Shown here: positions 25,085 to 37,038 of the stretch, piece after piece
How positions within the stretch are numbered: position 1 is the first letter of the stretch
Layout of the letters: every line of letters begins with the position of its first letter
NCBI GenBank assembly: GCA_051294905.1
Contig: CM119373.1
Location: 4,900,001-4,964,000 of the forward strand
Direction of reading: 5' to 3'
Length of the DNA: 64,000 nt
Source: Botryllus schlosseri
Taxonomy: Eukaryota
The notes under the pieces: generated by a model
What the model was told of the DNA's origin: nothing
Seen by the model: only the letters and a program-made list of their open reading frames with translations
The model's database searches: none
Translations under genes and position numbers: made by a program

Positions 25085-26260
25085 CTTAATTATTATTATA
25101 ATTATTTATTATTAATAAAAGCATGTTATGGTGCTTATAACAGCGTGGTCTTTTGCACCACGTGGCAACAAATTCCATCACTAACACAAGCTAACTTACA
25201 AATTCAGTACATGATACTCTCAGTCGTAAGTCAAATGTCAATATTTATATACGGCGTCCCGATGATGCTACAAAGTCGATTACGTGTTGTAATGTATTGG
25301 TGTCTGTCAATAACTTTTCCAGGTCGAATGGTATTCTCTTTCGATGTGCACTATTTCTAAGTATCTGTCTGCGTTGTTCTAGTGTCGGACACTCCATCAA
25401 AAAATGGCGCACGTCTTCGATGACTCCACAATGGGCACAAAAAGGTGTCGCTGACACCCCTATTCTGTGCAGATGTCCATTCAATCCGCAGTGTTCCATT
25501 CGTAAACGAAATAACGTGGATTCGTTTCTTCGCGATGCTTGTCTTGGAATTGTAGTATCGATGTTAGGCTGGTATTGTCGATACGTTGCTCCCTGGTCAG
25601 TACTTTGGTATTGTCCATTCCAGATCGACTTGCAATGGCGGAACATTATCGTTGTCGCGTCTGTTAGCGGTAAATCGTAGGTCGTGGCTTCATGTTCGAT
25701 GTTTGCGGCTTCTCTTGCAAGTCGATCTGCAATTGCGTTTCCTCTGACGCCTGAATGTCCGGGTATCCACGCAATTGTAGTCGACATGCTTCTAATCTTC
25801 AGGCGGTGTCCTATTTCCACGATTTCATTGATTATGAAGTGTCGAGCTGAACGGAAATTGTGGATGGATTGTAGAGCACTAAGGCATTCTGTTAAAATGA
25901 TGGAGTCGTTAATGTTGTTTCGGTCGATCCAATTCAAGGCATTTAATGGCACATAATTCTGCTGTGAATGACGAGAAATTGCGGTGTGGCACATATACCG
26001 AGTATCCGGATCCATTCGCGGTCTTCGACCCATCTGTGAATATAGTCGTTGAGTTAGTGTAGTAAGCGTCTAGAAATTACTAACTTTGATGGCTATCATG
26101 TAGCTAGGTTGCTCGCGGGATAAAGATCTCGACAGGGTTGAATCAATTATGGGAGGATGAATAGTCCACGGGGCAATTAATAAAGTCTCGTTTCCTCGGA
26201 TGTTCGCATTTTGGTCGAGTGCCGAGCTTCTAGTAAATGAATTGAATGTTCTGAATCGGT
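25085..26260 (-). mobile_element. 5'-truncated non-LTR retrotransposon with RNase H (I/Nimb-like group)
   Basis: IFTDGSK (frameshifted, about 26025-26045), ILTECLSAL, WIPGHSGVRGNAIADRLA, C-terminal CxxC...HFLMECP zinc knuckle, TAA-rich tail at about 25085-25118. Confidence 0.9.
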
Positions 26261-27489
26261 TATATTTTTTTAACAGTGAGGTGATTTAAAAAGAGGCATG
26301 TACACTAGGTCTGTTCAAAAATAACTTTTTGTTCTGGATTCCAATCAATCAATCAGACACCCACCTTGGCCTAGGCGAAGTAAATAAGAGGCATGCACAC
26401 TGATTGAAAAGTAATGCAGAGAATATAAGACGCAAGCAACAAAATGAGGTGGCAAATTTTTCTGTCAACCCCATGCAAAACAAATTTAACTAAATTTCAA
26501 CTAGTAGAGGCAGAGTTATTGGAGTTTTTCGTTGATAATCCTCGGATTATCCACCAATCAAGGTCTATATGATAGAAAATGGTCTGGTAATGTTAAGGAT
26601 TGACTAGTATTAAGTTAGGTTTATTAGCAATTATATCAGTTCAATACTCCACAAAATTTGGGTTACAATGAAAAGATAGGTAGGTATGGTAGTAGAGCAG
26701 CGGCTCCCAAATTTTTTGAAGTCGGTCCCTTAGATGCTTGTGATATTTTTCGTGCCCCTTAGCCTACCGTTATGTAGTCGAAATGACTAAGCCTACCGTT
26801 ATGTAGTCGAAATGACTAGAGTCAACATTTTCACAGACACTCGGTATTGGCTATTATCTGCTATGGCCGGAATTCGAGCAAGACTTCAACATAATTGTGG
26901 TCACCCCCATCAAAAGTTGGATTGACTGGTCCCTGCGAATGGCAATCGGGAATCTACGAATATTTGGTGTTTTACTGGGTTCGTACATGTATTGGAAGAG
27001 TCTCGTACAATCACTCAGCCCACCACTATCCACGGTATCTGGTCCGTTTCTCCACCGTAGCTACACTCTGCCAGTTAGGGTTCTGCTGATACTCTTCGAC
27101 ACTCTATTCCACCGGGATATTTCGGAAAAACCCAGACGTGGAGGCCAAATAAACAGAAAAACCCATACCCTATATTGCACTCATATTTTGTTGAAGTGAT
27201 ATATACATCTCGGTCTAGCACTGTCTGCGTGCAGATTATCAGAGCACCATGACCGAGGTGATGGTAGTGAAAGTGCTGATTTCGAGAATGTCCCGATGTA
27301 TTATTCAGTTAAAGCACCTTGCTTTTCAACAATGCATACAAAACGTATTAGTCAAAAACATGGTATATTTTGTTCATGTGCATTTTCAACGTAGCCTAAA
27401 TGCTAACCACGTACTAGATGAAGATATTTAAATCTGGCGGCCCGCAGCGTGGTGCGGTGGGTAAGCCAGTCATTCAAGTCATAAATCGT

Positions 27490-27645
27490 TTTAATTGCAA
27501 CACAACGTTTCCATTGACTTCCCTAAAGTTCTGATAAAAACCCAGGAGTGTCATGTCTGTTCCGGACCCCAATTGTGGAACAGCATCTCAACGGCTATCC
27601 GACAGTCGTCGAGCATGTCCGCATTCAAGTCGAATCACAAGCAAT
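27490..27645 (+). mobile_element. CR1/L2-type LINE ORF2 C-terminal fragment
   Basis: SGPQLWNSISTAIRQSSSMSAFK matches the GPxLWNxLP..IR...S...FK terminal motif. Confidence 0.6.
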
Positions 27646-27761
27646 GTAAGCTGCGCACATGCACAGTGCTGAGACGGTCTCTGCGCACAAAAAATCGGAA
27701 CTGATGATCTGCGAACTGTTCTCCAAGGGTCTGTGCAGTGAGTTGGTGAGTGTGCGCAGGC

Positions 27762-29467
27762 CATAGGCGCTGAACTCAGGTATGCTAGGTATGCCGCGCA
27801 TACCTAGGAATTTTTTTGGGCATGCGGCATACCCAGAATTCGGTTTGGTCTGTTACTGACTGGCTGGTGAATTGATCGATTTAGAAATAAGCGTTTCGTA
27901 GTGCTGCTGAACGCGTAAGTAAACCGGCAGCAATACGTTCAGGCGCTTAACAAAACTCCGTCCTTCAGTTACAATTCAGTTGTCCGTATTTTATCAGTGT
28001 TGCGCGCGGCCACGGCCAATTAGCCGGAAGCGCGTTTCCAATTTTCGAGAATCGTTTGTGCACAATGTAATGCAACGCGATCTCGACGCTGAGATGATTG
28101 CGAAATTAGGTCATTGATTACCGCGCGCAATCGTCGCAGGCCTGATTTATCGCGTCTCCGTCAAGTCTAGTTCCGCTGGATTGATGAATCGCATCTGCAA
28201 TAAGCCCGGTGCGCACTATACCATCACTAGCCTGCGCACGATAACATCGTTGGCCTACACAATTGCGTCTGCGTGGTTCGAAGTATATCATTGCCGGCCT
28301 AACTATCGCGTCTCCGGCCTAGCATGCTTTGGCTCCTATCTATCGGTTGTGATTAAAGATTGATATCACGAAGCTTACTGACATCGAATGTCCGCAAAAA
28401 TGTGTGACTTGTGCGTACATGCGTACATGCGTACTTGATTTCCGCTAATACTTAAACATAACCAATAACCATCAGAAGATGCGAGTCAAGGCTTGAGTTT
28501 TGACAAAGGTTTGAACCACCTGAAATCGATGCGGATTCCATTATAGAACACCCTCCATAACAACTCGGCTATGCGCCTGAATATTTGATCAAACGCGAGT
28601 GGTCAGAAGACGCAACGCGAGGCAACAAGACCGAGAACTCGATACTAAAGATGTCAATTTCTATATGCGCGAAATGTTGCGATTGTCATCTCCTGCTGTG
28701 AAGGAACATGATATCTTATGCGCCGGCCGGAACTATCGCTTCTTCTGTGATTGTGATGTCAGACTGGCCCAGACGTTGAACAATGAACATTGAACATGGA
28801 CGGAATTGATTGAAATACATACTGGTCGTGAACAGACAGCGGCGTAATTGATTTTGACTAACGCTAATACTAAAACAGAACGATCAGAAAATGTCTTGCA
28901 GGCTCTTGATATTGAAACTTCTAACTCCTATGAAATCAAAGTCACTAATGAATAGAGTCCAGAACAGACTTTCTATTTGGGAAAATAATTCCTGCAACCT
29001 TATTAGCCGTCGCCGAAGATGCGTATTCGTTTGTTCTCGAGGCGGAGTGATTGAAATCTCCCGATTGTCGGCGCGTGTGTTGGCGAATATGTTGCGGAGA
29101 TTGCGAGCTCGCTAATTGACTACACAGTCGCACGCGTTGGTAATCTTATTGTAGCGTGATGTGTCGAGTATATTACACAAGGATGCCGATCCGATCGATG
29201 TATTATCGGCATTGGTGCATGTTCTTAACCATAATAAACTGATGCCACCTTGGTAAATTTGAAATGGATTCAATCAATTCAGCAAGCGGCCGGCTGGCTA
29301 CGCGGGCTGCTTAATCATATCGTAATTATGTCACCATATACAAGTGCCAGGTGATATTGAACGCTTGCGAGTCGGCTAATTTGCCAATTATGGCGCACTA
29401 TGACGTCATCCCTTTGTGACGTCATCGATCTCGCATACCTAGAGAAAATTAGAGTTCAGCGCCTATG
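27762..29467. mobile_element. Non-autonomous hAT (Tip100-like terminus) element nested in a copy of the 9545 MITE
   Basis: TIR CATAGGCGCTGAACTC, TSD GCGCAGGC. Confidence 0.92.
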
Positions 29468-31499
29468 GCGCAGGCTGATTACAATCAATTTCTTTTAAAT
29501 GAATACTAGTCAGCCTTCAGGATTACCGGACCCATGCCACATCCATTTTGTCGCTTACGTCTTATACTCACTGCATTACCTAAATATAATTTAAACTGAC
29601 ATTACAGCCTACGTCCATCAATGCTAATTATGCTCTAGCCATCTTCCTTCATACATTTTATTAAATGAAGAGTTTCAGAAATAAAACGAAATTGTAACGA
29701 AAATGAAAATATTCTTGCTGTACAGTGTACATCCACCGTACCATGTCTTTGAGAACTTTGGATCCCCATGATTTTGTACATGGAAAACAAGACGCAGAGT
29801 TTAGGCGCCTTCTTCCCAGGGTTGCATTGGCTCGAGTCAATCTGACTCGGGAGTCACACAGCCAAGACCGACATTTCATTGTACTTTGGAAAAATGATAA
29901 GTAATCACACTATTGGGATTTCGTCCATTGCTACTAGTACTTGAAAATGCGATCAGAAGTTGCCAAAAGTGATGAGGATAGTTAGTATATTGTACACGAG
30001 AACCATTCAATATCAACAAACAGGGTTATCATCTTATCGAAAGTGGCTTCACCAAGACTTCAATTGTAAACTGAGCACAGTGAGCAGTCAACACAATGAC
30101 TTGGACTCAGTCATAATACCATGAATTGGACTGGACCCTCTGCTTGGACATGACTCAGTGGTGAATTGAAAATGACTCGACTTGACTCACCAGCCGACGC
30201 AATTGCGACAATCAAATTGTCCCATAGTTATGCGTCCCGTCCCCACTTGCAGCACCCTTTTTAGCCATAGTCTTGATCTGTTATCATCTGAGGCCCCTCC
30301 CGGTCTTCCTTTCGCATTGGCTGTCGCAAATAAAAAGAATAGATTGTTGGTACAAATTTTCTGCTAGTTACTGTAGTTGTGTACCTTCATGAGCCTCCTT
30401 CCATGTGCATTGCTGCGCTATGGGCCCTAGTTTGCACGTCTCACACCAGTAACAGCCACAGCCAAAGCTTCATGCTTTACATCACCGACACACTGACATC
30501 GTCGAGCCACGTGGGGAATCACGACATCGCTGAAGATGAAAGGAAAAAAGGAGTCACTCATGCTTGAATGACTCGCAGATTCGTGATTGTTCGGAACTAC
30601 CCGGCTGGCTGTTCTTTTTCTGATCAATGTAGAATACCGAGTTCTGAGAGAAATTTTGGGGTAATTGCAGTGATGGGACCATACTTCAATTTATATTTTC
30701 ACCAATAGGGAGATAATAGCTTTTTATTATTCCCAATAAACTGAACTGATTACGACAATGGAGTTGACACGTGACATTACGTCATATCCAGTCTTGAACC
30801 TAGCAGTGAGATGAACACGATTCTACAACGCGCTTGAGCTGCTGTTGGAGATATTCACCTGTTCTGTGAGATCGTATTCAAATTATCTATAATTAGTCGT
30901 GGAGAGTAGTGTCGGGGAAAGCGGGTAAGTTTTATTTGTTAGTTAAGGTTCGACTGTGTATCTATCTTACATTTGGGTTGCAGCTCACCGTATTCTCAAT
31001 TCCTGATGCATTCTCGTCAACTATCGAGAACTGAAGAAATCTAATTGAACTTGCTACTTGCCTTCCTGGCAACAGAATTGTAAGGTAGGTCAGTATATAT
31101 AACTTGTTGCCAATTTGAGTCTGTACTGATGACATTTATTATACTTGTCGGTTGTGCTATTCCAATCCATTAATATCAAATGGTGATAATTATTGAAGAA
31201 CGTCAATTTGACGTCATTTATGCTGCAACCGTAACTCACACGTGCTTTCTATCACATAGTTCCAAAACCACAGATATCAGCGATATGTGTTCAAAGCGTC
31301 AGCGTCACCCACTCATCTGTCTGTAGTCGAGAGAATCTTTGGTTAGCACCAGATGCTGATTCCGTATTGGTTGTTGTGTATTGTGCTCTGTTTGCGATTG
31401 CGCATGTTATTTTTTCTCTGCGATTGCGCATGTTATTTTTTCTCTATTTGATGTTTTTTAAGGTGGAATCAGTTTTCAATTCAACTGTCCTTTTTCTAG

Positions 31500-31690
31500 T
31501 TCGCTTTATCATTCTAATGGTCTCATTTAATCCTGATTATTTGATTACTGTTCTATCATTCTAATTGTCTGATTTGAATCCTGAGTATTTGATTACTGTT
31601 CTATAATTGTCTGATTTGAATCCTGAGTATTTGATTACTGTTCTATCATTCTAATTGTCTGATTTTAATCCGGATTATTTGATTACTGTT
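31500..31690. repeat. ~48-bp minisatellite, about 4 copies
   Basis: TTCTATCATTCTAATTGTCTGATTTGAATCCTGAGTATTTGATTACTG repeated. Confidence 0.9.
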
Positions 31691-33116
31691 GTAATTTCCT
31701 ACTCGCTTGCCTATATATTTTCCGTGTTCCTGTTGCATCATGCTCCTTTCCATCGAGCAACGGACGAGCAAGCACTATTGCGAATCTCGCTTGCATTAGC
31801 ATTTTTGTATTTCTAACAACGGAATCTCAAGTCTACATTATTCTTTGACTGGGGTAATTTGGTTGGATTAAATAGAATACAAGACTGATGCGCAAGGTTT
31901 GCCTAGTCCAGGGTAGCAGATTTTGGTGCACCAGACAGGATTCGACGCCTGGTAATCGACACTCTTTGAAAACGGAGTGTCGCGTCGAAACAATTCGCAA
32001 TAATGCTGGTCTGGAATCAATTCGCCATAGTGAGTCTGGAAGCAATTCGCATTAAAGCTCATTCAAGACTCTCTTCGAATCGGGCGCAGGCATTTAGTCT
32101 ATATTCAGGACTCTGCTGCTCTACTAGTGATGACAACCAATCACTTTAAAATTGTATAGAGAGGCGTTAAGCAAACTCGGTCGATCTTTCGCCTTCAGCT
32201 CAGTCGCATTCCGCAGGGTTGACTGGACGTTCTTGCTGGATATCCGTGCGGCCATGGATATACTTTTCGTCTGTATAACATCGCACATAAATTATATGCC
32301 AATTACCCCTTGACGGTGGCTGCTAACCTAGACACGCGACTACTCACCATCAAGAACCCGTCGCACTGGGCGTCAGCCCGTCTCCTTTTTTTGCCACCCG
32401 AGTACATGTACAATAGGGTTGTCCAAAATTTGAAAAATTTCGAAAATGCTGCGTTGTAATGTCTTATTCTATAGATTATTGATTAAAAACATCAACAAGC
32501 CTGAAAGAAGCTCTCAGGAACGTCGTTAAGATTTCTTACAAAGCGTTTGAAAGTAGCCGTCTGCATGTGGGCGGGGAATCGATGAAGTGGGCGGGCAATC
32601 ACGAACCTAGAATTTTGATTGGTTGGAACCTGTAATAATAAGCTACTGATTGGCTGAAATACTGATTTTGTGATCATTGCTGGTCACGATTTCGTTCTAC
32701 TCTGTTGTGTTGGTTTGCAGCCATTTCTGTTCGTGGCATTGGCGATATGGTAAATTGACGTTGTTAATGCTGCCATCGACAACAGCATAACGATCCAGTA
32801 ATATATTTTCTACCTGAACACTGTGTATAACAGTTTTGTTACTTCTTGCACAGGAGCTTGGCCAATTAAGATAAGAATGAACTAGATGCATGCATCGTGC
32901 TACCTTCGAGCCTTCTAAAACATACCAGTTGACAACGACTGTAACTCATAAATTGCAAACCAGTAGTCAATTTCTCCTTATGGCTTGTTATGGTAAGTCG
33001 ACGTCTCTCTCTAAAACGAACGCATATTACACTTTTTATTCAAGATTTAACAAAGGCAAAAATGCTATTTACAAAAGGCATCATTAAAAAGTATATCGCA
33101 GGGTCAGTGTTGCAGA

Positions 33117-35444
33117 TCACTGGCCTTTGATAAGAGTAGACTTCCTGCTGTCTCCAAAAATCTTCCTATGCTGTTCCACAGCTTGAAGCAAACTGTCTCT
33201 TTGCTGTTCATTGTCAGTCAAGATTGCAGCATAGTCTGTGCTTAGCTTGACACCTCTTTCTGCGGCATCATTAACGACTTTGACAGAACTAACGTAGCAA
33301 TTCATTTTATTGAATGAATCTGAAAAGTGCCAATCATCAACCGGTTGACGCAGCCAATCCCCAGAGCATTCAAAAACTTCAAATATGTACCACGACTGGG
33401 GCCCAATAAGGTCAGACAACGTACTGTCCTTGTTGATCTGTATAGTTGCATTCAATGAGGGTGGGCCCCTTCTGAAACTGGAAGTTCGCTCTACTTGCAG
33501 GAGCGCCTTTGCCATATTTTCCCGGGTTTCCTTGCTTTCCGTCGGTGAAAACAAGGCGTATACAGCGGTTTCCTCAACAATATACCAGTCGTGCTTCAAA
33601 AGCTTTCGTGAAGCAGCTGTGGAAACTTGCTCATCATATTCCTTATAACTCAACATGTGCTGAACGAATCTCAAGTCATTACCAGCTGCATCACGACCAA
33701 TGCTTGAATCCACCCACGCAGGGATATAAAAGAGAACCAAAAATAAATTGAAGCGGCGCAGCAGTTCAACTTCTTCAGATTTGTAATCTAATTGGTCGGC
33801 CCACATGAACATCTTTTGAGCATACAGAATTGTACCCATCCATCTCGCATGGTGTGCTGCACCAGGTTTGTGATGACGTATATCTTCATCTGCACCGAGA
33901 AGAGCAAGAGCATTAGTCACACATTGCTTGTAGTCATCCCGTGTGAAAAAATCTTTTCTGTTCAACAGTAGCTTGAACTTATCAACTATCATTGCAGCTC
34001 GTTCAGCAAAACATAGAGGAATAGTCAGAGTCTTGAATTGCTGTTCCCTGTCAAGACTGCTCCAGTTCCTTTTAAGGTGGGCAAACCATGCATTCTCTGG
34101 TCCAGTTGTGGCCTTTCCAAATAAAGATTTCCAAACGTCTTTCACTACCAGCTCATACACATGGTGCCGACATGCATGGTAGAACACCTTCCTTCCTAGA
34201 AGGTCTTCAAGAATCTTTGCTGCACCCTTCTTCCAGCCGCTGTTGCTTGCTGTAGTGTCAAAAACCAAAGCTGTTACAGCATCTTTTATATTCCAACTTT
34301 CAATTATGTTGAAAGTGGTTTCTGCTTGCGTCTGACCTGCAGCATTTTGCATCTTTTGAATGCCAAGTAGTTTTCCTTCTGAGTATTGAGGATGACAAGA
34401 TAGGACAATTGACAGAGCCTCATACCGATTTCCTAATCTATCCTCTGTGAGCTTTCCATCCCAATGAATAGCAACATGTTGAGGTTTATTTTCTGCAAAT
34501 TTTTCTGAAATATCCTTGGAAATTTCAAGACGATTTGTTTCCCTGGCTCTCTTTGTCGAAGATCTTGACAGAGAGAACATTGCTATGTCACCGCCACAAG
34601 CCGTAATAAATGCTCCGATCAGCATTGTTGCCTTGTTGTCTGTTAGTTGCAATCGATCCAGAGCTTGGGACACATGGGTATTATTCATAATATTTTTAGG
34701 TGCCATCAGCTTAATGGCTGTCGAGGTGCCAAGACCAACATCAGCATCATAATCAGAACTTGAACTCAAACTATCACCCTCTTTTGAAGATGAAGAAGAT
34801 GCTAAAACAACATAGTCATCACTTGAGTCATGTTGAATGTTTTCAACAGTTCTATCCGCCATGGTTGCTGTTTTCTTTTCGATGTCTTTAGCAAGAATCT
34901 TGTCTCTTCCCAACATTATGCATTTGCGAGATTGCTGTTGATCTTCATAGAATGCAATGTCTTCGAGCTTTCTATCATGTGATAGATAAATGTCATTTTG
35001 TATTATTGCTATCGCATCTGTACTTCCAATATCCCACAACTTGTCCAAATCTTCCGTGAATTTTTTCTTCTTACCCTTGGGATCACTTTCCCGTTTCATG
35101 GTCGCCTTCAGAAAAATATATTTTTTGTTCAGTTTTTCAAGTAATTTCACCGCATTTCCTTTAAGTATTGTGGCAATTCTCGCCATTTGCCACACTGTCA
35201 CGACATCATGAACCACCACATTACATAGCTCACGAGTAGGGGTTGACTGAGTGCAATGGTCTTTCAGATGCAGAAAGTAACTCATTACTTCTCGCAAGGT
35301 TGGTAATCTCGAGCCACAGATGTAATCGCAAGCATATCCGACCAAGTAATGCTCAGATCGAGATCTTGTTCTTCTCCGTGGCAAGTGCACAGTCTTCCGC
35401 CGTTTTGCCTCTGCCATGACAGTAATATTTTTGCCTTCTATCAT
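33117..35444 (-). CDS. DDE transposase, 775 aa, intronless
   Basis: HWDGK (D1), VFDTTASN (D2), ACRHH (CxxH), HHARW, VVNDAAERGVK (E); N-terminal GSRLPTLREV and a basic NLS-like stretch. Confidence 0.93.
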   Translation of the reverse strand: MIEGKNITVMAEAKRRKTVHLPRRRTRSRSEHYLVGYACDYICGSRLPTLREVMSYFLHLKDHCTQSTPTRELCNVVVHDVVTVWQMARIATILKGNAVKLLEKLNKKYIFLKATMKRESDPKGKKKKFTEDLDKLWDIGSTDAIAIIQNDIYLSHDRKLEDIAFYEDQQQSRKCIMLGRDKILAKDIEKKTATMADRTVENIQHDSSDDYVVLASSSSSKEGDSLSSSSDYDADVGLGTSTAIKLMAPKNIMNNTHVSQALDRLQLTDNKATMLIGAFITACGGDIAMFSLSRSSTKRARETNRLEISKDISEKFAENKPQHVAIHWDGKLTEDRLGNRYEALSIVLSCHPQYSEGKLLGIQKMQNAAGQTQAETTFNIIESWNIKDAVTALVFDTTASNSGWKKGAAKILEDLLGRKVFYHACRHHVYELVVKDVWKSLFGKATTGPENAWFAHLKRNWSSLDREQQFKTLTIPLCFAERAAMIVDKFKLLLNRKDFFTRDDYKQCVTNALALLGADEDIRHHKPGAAHHARWMGTILYAQKMFMWADQLDYKSEEVELLRRFNLFLVLFYIPAWVDSSIGRDAAGNDLRFVQHMLSYKEYDEQVSTAASRKLLKHDWYIVEETAVYALFSPTESKETRENMAKALLQVERTSSFRRGPPSLNATIQINKDSTLSDLIGPQSWYIFEVFECSGDWLRQPVDDWHFSDSFNKMNCYVSSVKVVNDAAERGVKLSTDYAAILTDNEQQRDSLLQAVEQHRKIFGDSRKSTLIKGQ

Positions 35445-35469
35445 AAATTACAGCTACGCCTAAAACATT

Positions 35470-35830
35470 TAAGTAACAAGTGTTACATTACGACTATTAA
35501 CTCACCAACCCACAATGCCCTTGTACATAACCACAACCACTACTAACAAAATCGACCTCATCAGAACAGAAAATGCTGCTGCAACTAAAACATTGAGCAA
35601 GGAACAAGTGTTGCATTACAACTATTGATGCATCAACCCACAATGCGCTTTACAAATTCCCGTCTCTACTAACAGACTCGACCTCCGCAAAACAGAAACT
35701 ACTGCTACAACTGATACATTCGAAGAACCACTGTTACATTACTACTATTGACTCATCAAACCACAACACGCTTTTACAGTATTACAGCCGTCACCAACAG
35801 ACTCAGCAGCAGCAAAACCTACTCCTTCTG
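35470..35830. repeat. Three degenerate ~125-bp repeats upstream of the transposase
   Basis: TGTT(A/G)CATTAC.ACTATT.A..CA.CAA.CCACAA at about 35481, 35609 and 35732. Confidence 0.8.
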
Positions 35831-36577
35831 TCAAACACGGTGAAGCACCCAAATCAGAGCTGACAGCCGCCGTCATCATTGAAGCATAACCGATTACCCA
35901 ATCAGGAATCGTGGTTTCGTCATTGCCCGCCTAGTTGCAATTTCGCCGTCGGTGGCCCGCCCACTCTTTGGCAGCTACTTTCAAACGCTTTGTAAGAAAT
36001 CTTAACGACGTTCCTGAGAGCTTCTTTCAGGCTTGTTGATGTTTTTAATCAATAATCTATAGAATAAGACATTACAACGCAGCATTTTCGAAATTTTTCA
36101 AATTTTGGACAACCCTGTACAACGTGTTCAGATTCTTGTCCATGAGCAGCAGGGCCATACCTGGAACACTACATCTGAACGACCAGAAGTGCGAGATTGC
36201 TCGCTCGCTTACTTGTTACTATACTTTTTGTACAGCGGTCTAAAGCAGTGGTCTAATATCCCCATCGAGTTCGCTGACGTAGCTGGCATGTTGTCCCTTG
36301 GTATTACTACTTACACTATCGACCACACATCTGTTAAGGGCTCGCTAAATACAGGTATGCATAGTACGAGACTGATTGCGTACACGGCGTCGTCAGAATT
36401 CATCATAATCATTGCACTTGCTGATTACACAATACTATTCTGCGTAGATTGACATATCATCTGCAATGACGCTATAACAAACCGTATAATGTTACTAATA
36501 GTTTGATCAAAATATGGGGAGCTGATGATATACGTATGTTATACGGTATCCGTATCATATGTCACGCAAACATAACA

Positions 36578-37038
36578 TAGGCTTACCATATTTCGGAAAT
36601 GAAAAAAGAGGACACTTTTTCAGAAATTTCAGACATGCAAAACTGGAGAAGAATTCTCAAAAACCGGTAAATTTTTCCCACTTCATGATCGGTTGACTAA
36701 AAAAAAAAAAAAAAAAAAAGGTCATCACTTCCGCTCAGAGCTCAAAATCACGTTTTTCACTCCACATTGCCAGGTGGATGACTAAAAAAAAAAAAAAAAA
36801 GGTCTTCTTTTCGCGCAGAGCTGAAATCACCACTTTTCCCTCCGAAATACCCGCCGGAGCTTCACTTCTGCGCTAATTTGCGGCATATCAATCGCAATTT
36901 CCTCTAAATCTGACCTAAATTTTCAAAAAAGTGGACAAAATCTCAAAAAAGAGGACAAAAGGGCGTCCTCCGAGGACACTTTCAAAAAAGGCAAAAAAGA
37001 GGACAAATCCTCTTAAAAGAGGACGTATGGTAAGCCTA
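36578..37038. mobile_element. hAT (Blackjack-like) MITE
   Basis: TIR TAGGCTTACCATA, TSD ACATAACA, GAGGACA subterminal repeats. A related left end lies at 62573. Confidence 0.93.

Larger units (their letters stand above)
32414..36116 (-). mobile_element. Full-length, apparently autonomous hAT-superfamily (hATm-like) DNA transposon
   Basis: Perfect 143-bp TIRs (32415-32557 and 35974-36116) starting (T)AGGGTTGTCC. Flanks ATGTACAA and GTACAA. Intact transposase. Confidence 0.93.

Noticed and set aside
33385..35211. Plus-strand ORFs of 70-90 aa
   Set aside because: Antisense shadows of the transposase.
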